From: Sulfolobales archaeon HS-7
Lineage (GTDB): Archaea; Thermoproteota; Thermoprotei_A; Sulfolobales; Sulfolobaceae
Length of the DNA: 64,000 bases
Direction: 5' to 3'
Assembly: GCA_019704295.1 (NCBI GenBank)
Contig: AP024596.1
Span: 544,001 to 608,000, forward strand
The notes beneath the pieces are model-generated. The model had not been told where the DNA came from, ran no database searches, and saw only the letters and a program-made list of their open reading frames with translations. How positions within the stretch are numbered: position 1 is the stretch's first letter; each line of letters opens with the position of its first letter. Shown piece by piece: positions 41,018-51,224 of the stretch. The position numbers and the translations under genes were made by a program.

Positions 41018-41937
41018 CAGAGCAGGAGGAAGTTGAGAAGACCGTTCCCACCCAGGGGATCAGATTCTACATAAGAGCTCTCACAAAAGATCCTCTAGCC
41101 ATAGTGGGTTTAATAATAGTCGGCTTGTTTTTCATTTGGGGAGTAATACAGGGAATATTAGAGATCTTAGCAGGTTACCTTAGAAAACCCTATCTAGGGT
41201 ACATCTTACTTCCGCACGACCCCTTTGCTCTTGACATTAAATACTCTTTAATGCCGCCATCCAGTGAATTCTTATTAGGAACGAATACTGCCGGAGAGGA
41301 TATACTCTCCAGGATGCTTTATGCCATGCCCCGCGATGCATTCGTTTCAGTTGCAGTCGTATTCTCAGCGATAGCAATTGGTGGAATAATCGGTATTATA
41401 GCGGGGTATATCGGAAAATGGGCTGATGAGGTGCTTATGCGTGTTACCGATGCCTTTCTTTCGCTCCCCGCACTAATCTTAGTAATTGCTATAGCTGTAC
41501 CCCTTAAGGCAGGATTCGATGCAACATTAGCTGGATTAATGGTTGTATGGTGGCCAACTTATGCTAGATTCTTTAGGGCACAAACCCTTAAAATTAAGAG
41601 CATGGATTTCATTGATGCAGCGAAATTAAGCAATGTATCTAGGTTTAAACTGCTGTTTAGGTATATTTTCATGAATTCAATTGACCCAATAATCGCCTAT
41701 GCAGCCTTAGATTTCGGTAACGTGATACTTACTTACTCCACCCTTGCCTTTCTAGGAATTGGAATTCAGCCCCCCTATCCTGAACTTGGAGCCATGGCAT
41801 CAAATGGTGTAGATAACTTGCCTACTGCATGGTGGTACGCGTTATTCCCAGGGGTGGCAATACTAATAATCGTAGTGGGATTCGTGTTAATAGGGGATAG
41901 ACTTCAGGACATAATAGGGGGTAGAATCACCTACTAG
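41014..41937 (+). CDS. dppC: Peptide ABC transporter permease
   Basis: LGT..GEDILSR, MRVTDAFLSLP, FLGIG..PP.PELG. Confidence 0.92.
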   Translation: MTEQEEVEKTVPTQGIRFYIRALTKDPLAIVGLIIVGLFFIWGVIQGILEILAGYLRKPYLGYILLPHDPFALDIKYSLMPPSSEFLLGTNTAGEDILSRMLYAMPRDAFVSVAVVFSAIAIGGIIGIIAGYIGKWADEVLMRVTDAFLSLPALILVIAIAVPLKAGFDATLAGLMVVWWPTYARFFRAQTLKIKSMDFIDAAKLSNVSRFKLLFRYIFMNSIDPIIAYAALDFGNVILTYSTLAFLGIGIQPPYPELGAMASNGVDNLPTAWWYALFPGVAILIIVVGFVLIGDRLQDIIGGRITY

Positions 41938-42911
41938 TGATAAAGATGTTGTTAAAGGCCAAAGATCTCACCGTATACTACAGCACCATAATTGGAAAAA
42001 CAAAGATCCTCGACTCTTTAAACTTAAATATTGAAAAAGGGGAGTTGGTTGGAATTGTTGGTGAGTCGGGTTCAGGAAAATCTACACTAGGATTTGCCGT
42101 TGCGGGACTCATGCCACCTAATGCTGAGGTTAAGGGAAATCTAGAGATTGAGGGCAAAGATGTAGTCGGAATGAAGGAAAAGGAATTACAACAACTGAGA
42201 GGTACGGAGGTCTTCATGATATTTCAGAATCCGCTAAACAGCCTTAACCCGGTAAAGACGGTCGGGTTCCAATTGTTAGAGGCAGTTAGGGTAAGGGAGG
42301 AAAGGAAAAAGCTGAAATATAATGAAGAAAAGGCAGTGCAAGAAGTCATAGAAGTTCTCAAGGAACTCAGGTTTCCAGATCCTGAAAGGATATTGTCAAG
42401 GTATCCGCATCAACTTTCAGGGGGTCAAGTGCAAAGAATAGTAATTGCTATGGCTTTGTTACTTAAACCGAAGTTACTAATTGCGGACGAACCTACCTCA
42501 GCACTTGACGTTACAATCCAAGCTCAGGTGATCTCTTTGATAAGGCAATTAAATCAAGAGTATGGCATAGCGCTTATCTTCATTACGCACGATATAGCAC
42601 TTGCCAATGTGGTTTCAGACAGGTTAATAGTCATGTATGCAGGAAGATTGATGGAAGATGGTCCAACTGACAAGATCTTGAAAAATCCGCTTCATCCCTA
42701 TACTGCTGGACTTATATCAAGCATCCCAAAAATAAGAAAGGAAGATGGTGAATTACCTTCAATTAGGGGCGCGCCCCCATCCTTCTTAGTGCTTCCTAAA
42801 GGATGCAAGTTCTCACCTAGATGTGCGAAAGTAATGCAAGTATGTAAGGAAAGAGAACCTAGTGAGATTGAGGTAGAGGGAAGAAAAGTCAGGTGCTGGT
42901 TATATGGATGA
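41937..42911 (+). CDS. dppD: Peptide ABC transporter ATP-binding protein
   Basis: GESGSGKS, LSGGQ, DEPTSALDV, GCKFSPRC. Confidence 0.93.
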   Translation: MIKMLLKAKDLTVYYSTIIGKTKILDSLNLNIEKGELVGIVGESGSGKSTLGFAVAGLMPPNAEVKGNLEIEGKDVVGMKEKELQQLRGTEVFMIFQNPLNSLNPVKTVGFQLLEAVRVREERKKLKYNEEKAVQEVIEVLKELRFPDPERILSRYPHQLSGGQVQRIVIAMALLLKPKLLIADEPTSALDVTIQAQVISLIRQLNQEYGIALIFITHDIALANVVSDRLIVMYAGRLMEDGPTDKILKNPLHPYTAGLISSIPKIRKEDGELPSIRGAPPSFLVLPKGCKFSPRCAKVMQVCKEREPSEIEVEGRKVRCWLYG

Positions 42912-43869
42912 GGTCTTCAAATTAGAACGGGTGAAGAAATACTATCTAGCAACTAAGAGAGGCATCCTCGACTCTCTATTTGGAAGACCTAAATTTTTTG
43001 TTAAGGCGGTAGATGACGTTTCTTTCTCGATTTATAAGGGAGAAGTTTTGGGATTGGTTGGAGAAAGCGGTTCGGGCAAAACTACCTTAGGCAAAATCTT
43101 AGCCACTTTAGAAGAACCCACAGACGGAAAAATGTACTTTAATGGAAAATTAGTTGCTGGCGACGTAAAAAAGGAAATTAGAAAACAAGTACATATGGTA
43201 TTTCAGAATCCAATGAGCTCTTTAAACCCCAGATTAAGGGTAAAGAGTATTGTTGCAGAACCGCTAAGGAAATTCAACGAACCTTTAGTTAAGAAATCTC
43301 TCGAGATGGTCGGTTTAGATTACACATACATAAAGGACAAACTTCCGCGAGAGTTGTCAGGTGGTCAGCTACAGAGGGTAGCTATAGCTAGAGCGCTAGT
43401 AAAAAACCCAACATTTCTTGTGCTTGACGAACCGACCTCCGCTTTAGACGCATCAGTCCAATCGCAGATACTGAATCTCCTAGCTAAGATACAAAGGGAA
43501 CTTAATATTACCTACTTGTTCATTACTCACAACATATCTGTGGCAAGATATATCGCAGATAGAATAGTAGTGTTATACGCGGGGAAAATTGCGGAGGAAG
43601 GAAATACTGAAGACGTTCTTACCTCTCCTGCTCATCCCTACACTCAGGCTCTGCTGGACTCAGTACCAACAATTACAAAAAAGGATATAAAACCACCCAC
43701 TGGCGAAGTACCAAGTTTGATAAACCCCCCAAGTGGGTGCAGATTTCATCCTAGATGTCCTTTCGTCATGGAGATATGTAGGAAAAACGAACCTCCTCTT
43801 GTAGAAAAGGGTAGACAGAGAGTTGCGTGCTGGCTATATAAAGGTAGAGTGGAGAAAAACACTAGTTAA
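42904..43869 (+). CDS. dppF: Peptide ABC transporter ATP-binding protein
   Basis: GESGSGKT, LSGGQ, GCRFHPRCP. Confidence 0.93.
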   Translation: MDEVFKLERVKKYYLATKRGILDSLFGRPKFFVKAVDDVSFSIYKGEVLGLVGESGSGKTTLGKILATLEEPTDGKMYFNGKLVAGDVKKEIRKQVHMVFQNPMSSLNPRLRVKSIVAEPLRKFNEPLVKKSLEMVGLDYTYIKDKLPRELSGGQLQRVAIARALVKNPTFLVLDEPTSALDASVQSQILNLLAKIQRELNITYLFITHNISVARYIADRIVVLYAGKIAEEGNTEDVLTSPAHPYTQALLDSVPTITKKDIKPPTGEVPSLINPPSGCRFHPRCPFVMEICRKNEPPLVEKGRQRVACWLYKGRVEKNTS

Positions 43870-44236
43870 GAGCACCATAATTCTTCTAATTTTTTCTCTT
43901 TTCTTAGAAATAACAGATGTAGTGAACTACCTTATCTTTGTAGCGGTGTGGTACGGGTTCGTAGGGATTTACACTTTTTGGAAAACATCGTTTAAATATA
44001 ATATAGGGCAGAAAGAGATCGAGATCTGTGGTCTTCTCACCAGAAAAAGAATAAGCTATTCCTCAATTAAGGACTTGTTTGTATCTCAGGGGTTCCTAGC
44101 CAAGAGGTTTCATTGCGGATCTATCTACATAGTGACTAAAAATGGAGTAAATATTATACGAGATGTGAAGGAACCAGAGAGAATTTACACTGAGATCGCG
44201 AACATTATCAATAGAAATAACAAGTCAATTGAGTGA
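43823..44236 (+). CDS. Bacterial PH-domain (bPH_2) membrane protein; true start may be slightly downstream
   Basis: Two TM helices, then ISYSSIKDLFVSQGFLAKRFHCGSIYI. Confidence 0.75.
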   Translation: MRAGYIKVEWRKTLVKSTIILLIFSLFLEITDVVNYLIFVAVWYGFVGIYTFWKTSFKYNIGQKEIEICGLLTRKRISYSSIKDLFVSQGFLAKRFHCGSIYIVTKNGVNIIRDVKEPERIYTEIANIINRNNKSIE

Positions 44237-44328
44237 ACTGTCCTCACTAAACTTCAAGCTCTACAGTCTGGATCGCTGAAATAGCTTTACAGACTCCTGG
44301 ATCCTCCGCTCTCGTAATCCACATCAAG

Positions 44329-45072
44329 GTGAACTCACTCAGCCCTAAACGGGGCTTCCTGCTTCTCAGCTACACCTTGCCAGTACCGAAGTACTAGTAG
44401 AAGGTGGAACTACACAGGCCCTAAGGATCGCACCGACTGCGATCAGCGTAAGATTTTTAGGGAGGCGTTGTAATCGGGATCGGCTACCCATTCGCATTGA
44501 GGACAAGGAGAGCGCTCATTCAAAGAGGGTTAAATCTCCTCTCACACGACTACATTTAGCGCAGGTTTTGGATCCGTATGCGGGATCTACAAGGGTCAGT
44601 TCCCTGCGGCGCTTCTCCAACTGGTACTTCAAGACTAAATTCAGCTCATCGAAGGCGACATCGCGGAGCCTCATCCTCATTTTTCGGAGGGATCTGCCTA
44701 CAAGTTTCTTGACGTTTATGTCACCCACGACGACAACATCATAGTTTTCAGCGAAGTATTCACTAACTTCATATAGAGATCCCTCCTAAGGTTCTTAAGG
44801 TGCTCGTTGGCCTTGAACAACTTCATCTTTGCCTTGAACCAGTTTTTGGAGAGGAACTTCTTCCTCGATAAGATCGTAATTGAGTACCTCACCTTCCACA
44901 GAGCCCCTTCGTAAGGCTCGTGTTGGGGGAAATACTCCCCGTCTTACGTCGCAATGAGGTTCTTAATGCCCATGTCCGCACCACAACCTTATTGACTTTA
45001 GGTAGCCTAGGGAACTCGTAACTCTCGACTACGAAAAAGATGAAATCATCCTTCCGGGTTTTCTGCCCCCTT
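44329..45072 (-). mobile_element. tnpB: IS200/IS605-family tnpB pseudogene with both ends
   Basis: Fragments [31 protein letters not shown] and CPQCEWVADPDYNA. Right end ...GAAGCAGGAAGCCCCG..GTTCAC at 44329; left end follows TTCAA (45073-45077). Confidence 0.85.
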
Positions 45073-45136
45073 TTGAACCTATATAGAACGCCTCAATTAA
45101 GATAAAGATAAAAATATTTCTGACGAATTATCTTAC

Positions 45137-45373
45137 ATGGAGATAAAGGTATCTGACGAATTGTGGCCTAGGAGGAAGGATTGGTCGGGAGAAGTAGTCG
45201 AAGTTTTAGTTAAAGAAGGGCAAAGAGTAAAAAAAGGAGATGTAATATGCGAGATAGAAATCGAGAAGGCAGTCTTACAACTCGAATCCCCAATTGATGG
45301 GATTATCAGGAAGGTTTTCATAAAGTCTGGTGACGAGGTAAAACCTAACACTTTGCTAATGGTGATAGAGTGA
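45137..45373 (+). CDS. Stand-alone lipoyl/biotinyl-domain carrier protein
   Basis: 78 aa; VKEGQRVKKGD..EIEIEKA..ESP with the conserved Lys. Confidence 0.88.
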   Translation: MEIKVSDELWPRRKDWSGEVVEVLVKEGQRVKKGDVICEIEIEKAVLQLESPIDGIIRKVFIKSGDEVKPNTLLMVIE

Positions 45374-46215
45374 CAAAACCGGTAATTAGGGTACAAAATA
45401 GTGAAAAATTAAGGAAAATTGCTCTTATTGCAAGGGAAAGCCAAGTATCAACGGTTTGCGAAGAGGCCTTATGCCCTAATCTAGCAGAGTGCTGGTCTTC
45501 GGGTACGGCTACGTTCATGTTAATGGGAGATGTCTGTACGAGAGGATGTAGGTTCTGCTACGTTAAAAAAGGGAAACCCCAATCCCTAGACCTCGAGGAA
45601 CCACGCAGACTAATAAAGGCTATTAAGGAAATGAACTTAGACTACGTTACCTTAACTTCCGTTGATAGGGACGATCTTCCTGACGGGGGGGCCTCTTATC
45701 TATCGGAGACGATCATGATGATAAAGAATGAGGTTCCAAATACAATTGTGGAACTTTTAGCCCCCGACTTTCAAGGTGACACCTCGTTAGCGGAACAGGT
45801 AATTAGTGCTGGTGTTGACGTATTCGCTCATAATATAGAAACAGTACCAAGTCTGCAAAAACTGGTAAGAGATAATAGAGCTAATTTTGAAAACAGCACA
45901 TTAATTCTGAAATACGCTAAGAAAAGAGGAGTCGTTACTAAATCCTCCATACTCCTAGGATTCGGTGAGACTCAGGAAGAAATATATGAAACGTTTAGGA
46001 AAATCGTTGAGTTCATTGATATTTTAGTTATATCGCAGTATTTAAGACCAAGTGCTAAACAGCTCCCCGTTAAGAAAATTTACACTGAGGACGAATTCCG
46101 CGAGTTAGAAAGAAAAGCCTATGAAACGGGATTTAAGGCGGTAGTAGCAGGCAAGTTAGCGCGAACGTCCTACAGAGCAAAGGAGGCATACCTTAAGGCG
46201 ATTCAAAAATGTTAA
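45370..46215 (+). CDS. lipA: Lipoyl synthase
   Basis: CEEALCPNLAEC (CX4CX5C), CTRGCRFC, RTSY. Confidence 0.95.
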   Translation: MTKPVIRVQNSEKLRKIALIARESQVSTVCEEALCPNLAECWSSGTATFMLMGDVCTRGCRFCYVKKGKPQSLDLEEPRRLIKAIKEMNLDYVTLTSVDRDDLPDGGASYLSETIMMIKNEVPNTIVELLAPDFQGDTSLAEQVISAGVDVFAHNIETVPSLQKLVRDNRANFENSTLILKYAKKRGVVTKSSILLGFGETQEEIYETFRKIVEFIDILVISQYLRPSAKQLPVKKIYTEDEFRELERKAYETGFKAVVAGKLARTSYRAKEAYLKAIQKC

Positions 46216-46961
46216 GGGTTTTGCTAGACCTCTTTAGGGATCCTTACTGGAATATGGCAGTAGACGAGGCTATGTTAAATAAGGTGAAAGATACTGGCAA
46301 ACTAACATTGCGCATTTACGGATGGCAACCATATGCCGTGTCTCTAGGAAGAGGACAAAAAATGATGGATACGGTAGATCTCGAATTAGCTAAAAATATG
46401 GGATTGAAAATCGTGAGAAGACCTACAGGAGGTGGAGCACTAATTCACTCTCACGAAATTACTTACTCTGTTATTGCCCCTCCACGGCACGAGTTACTAA
46501 GGATGGATGTAGAGTCTTCAGCTATTTATATCGCTAATGGCATCGCAAAAGGCCTGAGGAAGTTAGGAATTAAGGCAGAGGTACGCGGATTCGCTGACAA
46601 ATCTAAATATAATCTTTGCTACATGAGAGTAGGTGCTAGTGATGTTATTGTAGATGATCTGAAAATATCTGGTAGCGCTCAAACCAGGAAGGATGGTCTT
46701 CTCCAGCATGGGACATTACTACTTTCGATTAGTGAAGAGGAATGGAATGTAATTAAGGGCGCGGATATTAGCGGAAAACTCACTTACTTAAATAATTATG
46801 GAAATTTTCAGATAGATGAGATAATTACTGCATTAATCTCAGGTTTTTCAGAAATATTTGGAGATTATGAGTTTGGGTCTCTGACACCCATAGAGGTGAA
46901 GGAGTCGATCGAGTTATATCAGCACAAATATTCAAGAAGTGAATGGAACACAGTCCCTTAA
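46209..46961 (+). CDS. Lipoate ligase family protein, LipM-like octanoyltransferase
   Basis: NMAVDE, RRPTGGG, a Cys before KISGSAQ, LQHGT. Confidence 0.8.
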   Translation: MLRVLLDLFRDPYWNMAVDEAMLNKVKDTGKLTLRIYGWQPYAVSLGRGQKMMDTVDLELAKNMGLKIVRRPTGGGALIHSHEITYSVIAPPRHELLRMDVESSAIYIANGIAKGLRKLGIKAEVRGFADKSKYNLCYMRVGASDVIVDDLKISGSAQTRKDGLLQHGTLLLSISEEEWNVIKGADISGKLTYLNNYGNFQIDEIITALISGFSEIFGDYEFGSLTPIEVKESIELYQHKYSRSEWNTVP

Positions 46962-47680
46962 ATTCGAGAGAAAATGAATTTATTGCTTTTAAATTTCTCG
47001 ACGTATTCATTTGCTAGGTACATTTCTTGCTCATGATAGGTTCTTATTTGGTAACCTTCTCCAAACCAAGACGAATAGGAGGAAATTATTTTGTCAATAA
47101 GTTGTTCACGATTTACTCTAATGAAATCAGTTAAATTAGCTGGTCTGTATTTGACCATATCAATGTTTTGTCTAACCTTACGCGGAGGAATTACGAGTGA
47201 TTTATACATCTCGTTAATGTCGGCGTTCAGAAGAATACTTCCATGAAGTAAACATTTCTTTCCAGATAAATATGCTGAATTACCACATATTTTCTTGTTA
47301 GAGTATACTATATCCGTATCATTTCTAATTTCTGTTTTAATCCCTAATGAATGGAAAGCGTTTACAATTCCCTGAAGAAGATTTGCGTATAGTTTATTCA
47401 CGTCGTAATCGCTACAAAAAGTAATTACGCTGTAATTAAGTACGCCATTATCATGATAAACTGTACCGCCTCCTGAGAATCTCCTGACTAGCTTAATTTT
47501 CGCTTTGTTTACATAGGATAGGTGAACTTCATCTGTTATTGCTGACATTACACCTAGTACAACTGATTTATCATTAATCCAAATTCTTAGTAAAGGGGGA
47601 GTAGCTATCCTAACTAAAGAATAATCAATTGCTATGTTAAGGTAAGGATCTTTAATTTCTTTGTCCAAAAGAACCTCCAT
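46958..47680 (-). CDS. lplA: Lipoate-protein ligase A, catalytic subunit (no C-terminal domain)
   Basis: RRFSGGGTVYHD, NYS, RND, KKICG, HGSIL; 240 aa. Confidence 0.82.
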   Translation of the reverse strand: MEVLLDKEIKDPYLNIAIDYSLVRIATPPLLRIWINDKSVVLGVMSAITDEVHLSYVNKAKIKLVRRFSGGGTVYHDNGVLNYSVITFCSDYDVNKLYANLLQGIVNAFHSLGIKTEIRNDTDIVYSNKKICGNSAYLSGKKCLLHGSILLNADINEMYKSLVIPPRKVRQNIDMVKYRPANLTDFIRVNREQLIDKIISSYSSWFGEGYQIRTYHEQEMYLANEYVEKFKSNKFIFSRI

Positions 47681-47717
47681 TGCGTTTTATACTAAAAAGA
47701 AAAATAAAGAAAAAATT

Positions 47718-49865
47718 TTACCTTCTTCTCAAGAACACTACTGCTATTGCAATTATTACTATAATTACTATGACTATAGCAACAATTTCTAAGGTACTAA
47801 CAGATGATGGGTGAGTTGTTGTAGTGACGGGAGGTACTGTCGATGTTGTGGTCACGGGAGGTGTGGTAGTTGTTGTGGTCACGGGAGGTGTGGTAGTTGT
47901 TGTGGTCACGGGAGGTGTGGTAGTATATGGTTGATAGTACATCATGTTATAGTAATAACCAGCAAATTCGTTATACTGAAAGTTCTTCACATAAGGTTGT
48001 ACAAAGTAATACGTGTAAGGAACTGGTAGCCATAGATATGGCGCCTGATGATATGTAATATTGTATATCTTAGCAGCCATTTCTATCTGTTCTGTAGCAT
48101 TCGTGATAAATGGAACTTGGTTATCCATTTGATTTACTACCGAATTATTTAACCACGCTAGATCTCCTGAAAGGCCTCCGTCCAATACGTTAGTTTGTAC
48201 GTCAAGTTGCTGGAAGATAGGATCTGGCCAATCGGGCACCCATCCAAGATCAACAAGGTCTGGAGTTCCACTGGGAGTACTCCAACCATCAGTGACTGAA
48301 GCGGTTACCAATTTTATAGAGGTAGGTATACCGATTTGCTCTAGATTCTGCTGGATAATTTCTAGTTCCTCTTGTACAAGGGGAGTTATGGGCGTTAGAG
48401 TGTATATTGCAAGTGTAGATAAAGGTGTAGCTGAAGAATTGCCTACAGTTGTTCCATTCGGAAGAGTTACGTAGAAGTGTCCCTCATATCCTGCCTCGTT
48501 GAGATAGGTCAACGCTAGTGATACATTATATGAATATGGCTGAATATGATCCATAGAGACTATCTGGTTATACACGGGGAACTGCGGAGAGATTGGACCC
48601 ACGAACTCACTAGCGAGTATCGTCCCATTATATGAGAAAATATGGAGAAGTGCAGAATAGTTAACAGCATGTACTAGTGCTAACCTAAATGCAGTTATGT
48701 TTGTTGGATACTCTTCCGTATTCATGGCAATATATAGCACTTCTGGCTGACTTCCAAAGTTAGCGAATATTCCAGATAGCGGAACAGTGTATTGGTAACC
48801 CGTGTATATTGAACCTATGTAGGGAACGCTAACGAAGGATATCTGAGCCTCATTTTTATCGAACTCCTCGACCCTTGCGGTATGACTCAGTCCGTATTCT
48901 ATCTCTATAATCGAAATGTGAGCTGGTTGGGCTACTGCTGGAACGCTTTCGCTAACCCCCCAGTAGTTGGGTACTGCTTTTAGAACAATTGTTGAGAACC
49001 CCTCAGCCACTGACACTATCTCATAAGGTCCTGTACCTGGCATTCCGTGAAGGTTTATGTAGGAGTTTGGAGTGTTCGGTTGGACCCCTCCGTGCTGATC
49101 AACGAAGACAGGGTCCTGTATTGCTCCCCACCACGCAGCAATGTCGTATAGGAAATACCTGTACGGTATCAAAGTACTTATCTCTACCTCGTAAGCACTC
49201 TTAACGACTACAGCCTGATATGGGTACTCCATTATCTTCTGGATGGTTGCGTTGTTAGCATTGAAGTTCGAGAGTATTGAGGCTAGCACGTCAGCGGCCA
49301 AAGTCGCGTTGGTATTAGTTGGCAATCCAGTGACGTTGTGTATAGCGTTCGCGACTCCCCAGGGTAACGCATATCCCGTCTGACCGTATTGAGTTGCGTT
49401 AAAGAGGAGGGTAATATAGTTCGAAACGCCGGGTCCCTGTCCCATAAGTATCATTCTGTAGAATGAGAACCAAACTGTTGAGGCGTTAACTTGAACGCCG
49501 TCGCTGAAGTGAACTCCTTGCCTTATGTAGAACGTGTAGTTCTCGTAGTTGGTCGTGGAGTAGTTCTGGGCAATTACGGGAACGAGTTGAAGGAAGTTAG
49601 AACCGTTGAACTCCACTAGTTCCTGGTAAACTGCAGTAAAAAGAGGACCGTCTTGAACATAAAAGCCAGTTGCAGGATCTAGAGCGTCAGGTGCAGCTGT
49701 TTGGGATACATCAACAAGTACAGAACTATTCGGAGGAACTATGGTAACTCCTTGTGCACTAACGTGTATAGGTATGAAGGCTAGAAGTCCTATTGACGCT
49801 ATCCCTACCAAAAATAGTAGTACATATCCTTCCAATTTATTATAATTATATACCTGACTATTCAT
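47718..49865 (-). CDS. dppA: Peptide ABC transporter substrate-binding protein
   Basis: PDALDPA, FSDG, GTGPY, FRLALVHAVN, W.PDWPDP; Thr/Pro linker, TM anchor and RRR. Confidence 0.9.
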   Translation of the reverse strand: MNSQVYNYNKLEGYVLLFLVGIASIGLLAFIPIHVSAQGVTIVPPNSSVLVDVSQTAAPDALDPATGFYVQDGPLFTAVYQELVEFNGSNFLQLVPVIAQNYSTTNYENYTFYIRQGVHFSDGVQVNASTVWFSFYRMILMGQGPGVSNYITLLFNATQYGQTGYALPWGVANAIHNVTGLPTNTNATLAADVLASILSNFNANNATIQKIMEYPYQAVVVKSAYEVEISTLIPYRYFLYDIAAWWGAIQDPVFVDQHGGVQPNTPNSYINLHGMPGTGPYEIVSVAEGFSTIVLKAVPNYWGVSESVPAVAQPAHISIIEIEYGLSHTARVEEFDKNEAQISFVSVPYIGSIYTGYQYTVPLSGIFANFGSQPEVLYIAMNTEEYPTNITAFRLALVHAVNYSALLHIFSYNGTILASEFVGPISPQFPVYNQIVSMDHIQPYSYNVSLALTYLNEAGYEGHFYVTLPNGTTVGNSSATPLSTLAIYTLTPITPLVQEELEIIQQNLEQIGIPTSIKLVTASVTDGWSTPSGTPDLVDLGWVPDWPDPIFQQLDVQTNVLDGGLSGDLAWLNNSVVNQMDNQVPFITNATEQIEMAAKIYNITYHQAPYLWLPVPYTYYFVQPYVKNFQYNEFAGYYYNMMYYQPYTTTPPVTTTTTTPPVTTTTTTPPVTTTSTVPPVTTTTHPSSVSTLEIVAIVIVIIVIIAIAVVFLRRR
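47844..47924 (-). repeat. Three perfect 27-bp tandem repeats encoding a Thr/Pro linker (9-aa unit)
   Basis: TGTTGTGGTCACGGGAGGTGTGGTAGT at 47844, 47871 and 47898. Confidence 0.95.
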
Positions 49866-50088
49866 TATTTAGAAACTGACTGCTTCTACTTATATGTCTT
49901 TTGCTAACGCTTACTACCTATTACTTGAAATTAGATATCTAGATAGTGGTTTATTCTAATTAATCATTATTAGTGTAGATAATTTCGCCAAAAATGCCAT
50001 TTTTTCACCTATTCAAGGTGTCCTTAGCGTTAACCAACACGTACAGTTAATTTGGAAGAGTATCGCCATACCCCACATAATGTAAGCT

Positions 50089-51081
50089 TCATCCACTCTT
50101 TGATTCTATATCTTGATAAATGCGCTTTAGTTTACTCCCTAGTATTTCTGGGGAATTCCTGGACGTAACTACTTCAATCTCCTTCTTGCTTACGGAGGTT
50201 CTGAAGTCCTCAGAATAAAGCAATTCCTTAGAGTAATTGATGAAGCAACCTATATCATCTGTTGAACATTTTAGATTATTGCTAGCTACTTCTGGAAGAG
50301 GTCCATAATCAGAAGTGACTACTGGTATTCCCATAGACATAGCTTCGAGTACGGTTATTCCATATGCCTCTTTTCTCGACGGAAAGATTAACAAGTCTAC
50401 ATCTCTAAGTAATTCGATTATTTTGGAATGGGGGAGCTTCTCTACATACTCAACGCCGTCCCTTTCTCTAGGTGTATTTCCGACGAACACTTTCCTAACA
50501 TTTCCGGGAAGCCTTTCAAATACTGCCTCGGCTATGTCACCCCCTTTTCTTTCATAATCAACTCCAATATAGGCTATAGTCTTATTCGATATTTCTTTGG
50601 GTGTGGGAGTTATAGGAGGTGGAAGGACTTCTACTCTCTTTATTCCCTCCTCTCTAAGACCTTTTGCACACCAATTAGTCCATCCAATTACTGTAGTACC
50701 GCGCATATTAAATACGTCTTTCATTAATTCTATCACTCTTTCCCGTAAAGAACCGATCTTAAGATAATCTGAAAAAACATTTGATAACGGCTGATCCAGT
50801 TCCTGAACCCAGGGACCTCGTGGTAAATACGCATTCAAAAAGAACGAATGAACAATTCCAGTTAACCTCAAGGATAGAATTGGCTCACCTAATAGTTTTA
50901 AAACCCACTTTAAGACGGTTTTTGAATTTATAACATAATCGTTAAATTCTGGACCTAATTTAGGAAACTCCTCCACTAATCTGTAACGTATGTCCTTAGG
51001 CGCGTATCTTAATCTGAGTTCGATCCCGCTTCTTAAGGTGTTGTCGATTCTGTTTCGCTGCACTATCGCAGAAACTTCCAT
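50089..51081 (-). CDS. Glycosyltransferase family 4
   Basis: RKGGD and EAYGITVLEAMSMGIPVV (EX7E). Confidence 0.9.
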   Translation of the reverse strand: MEVSAIVQRNRIDNTLRSGIELRLRYAPKDIRYRLVEEFPKLGPEFNDYVINSKTVLKWVLKLLGEPILSLRLTGIVHSFFLNAYLPRGPWVQELDQPLSNVFSDYLKIGSLRERVIELMKDVFNMRGTTVIGWTNWCAKGLREEGIKRVEVLPPPITPTPKEISNKTIAYIGVDYERKGGDIAEAVFERLPGNVRKVFVGNTPRERDGVEYVEKLPHSKIIELLRDVDLLIFPSRKEAYGITVLEAMSMGIPVVTSDYGPLPEVASNNLKCSTDDIGCFINYSKELLYSEDFRTSVSKKEIEVVTSRNSPEILGSKLKRIYQDIESKSG

Positions 51082-51224
51082 GACAACTATTTGTTGTAGT
51101 TACCCTTTATATTTATTTCCACACGTTATTTCAATACTGACCAGTGCTTTAATCCCCATTAGGCAAAAATTCTATATATTAATAAAGTATATATTTAATC
51201 TTCTAAAAGTGACTTCACTGCATC

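Noticed and set aside
47844-47924. Possible CRISPR array
   Set aside because: The repeats are contiguous with no spacers, lie in frame within a CDS, and no cas genes are present.
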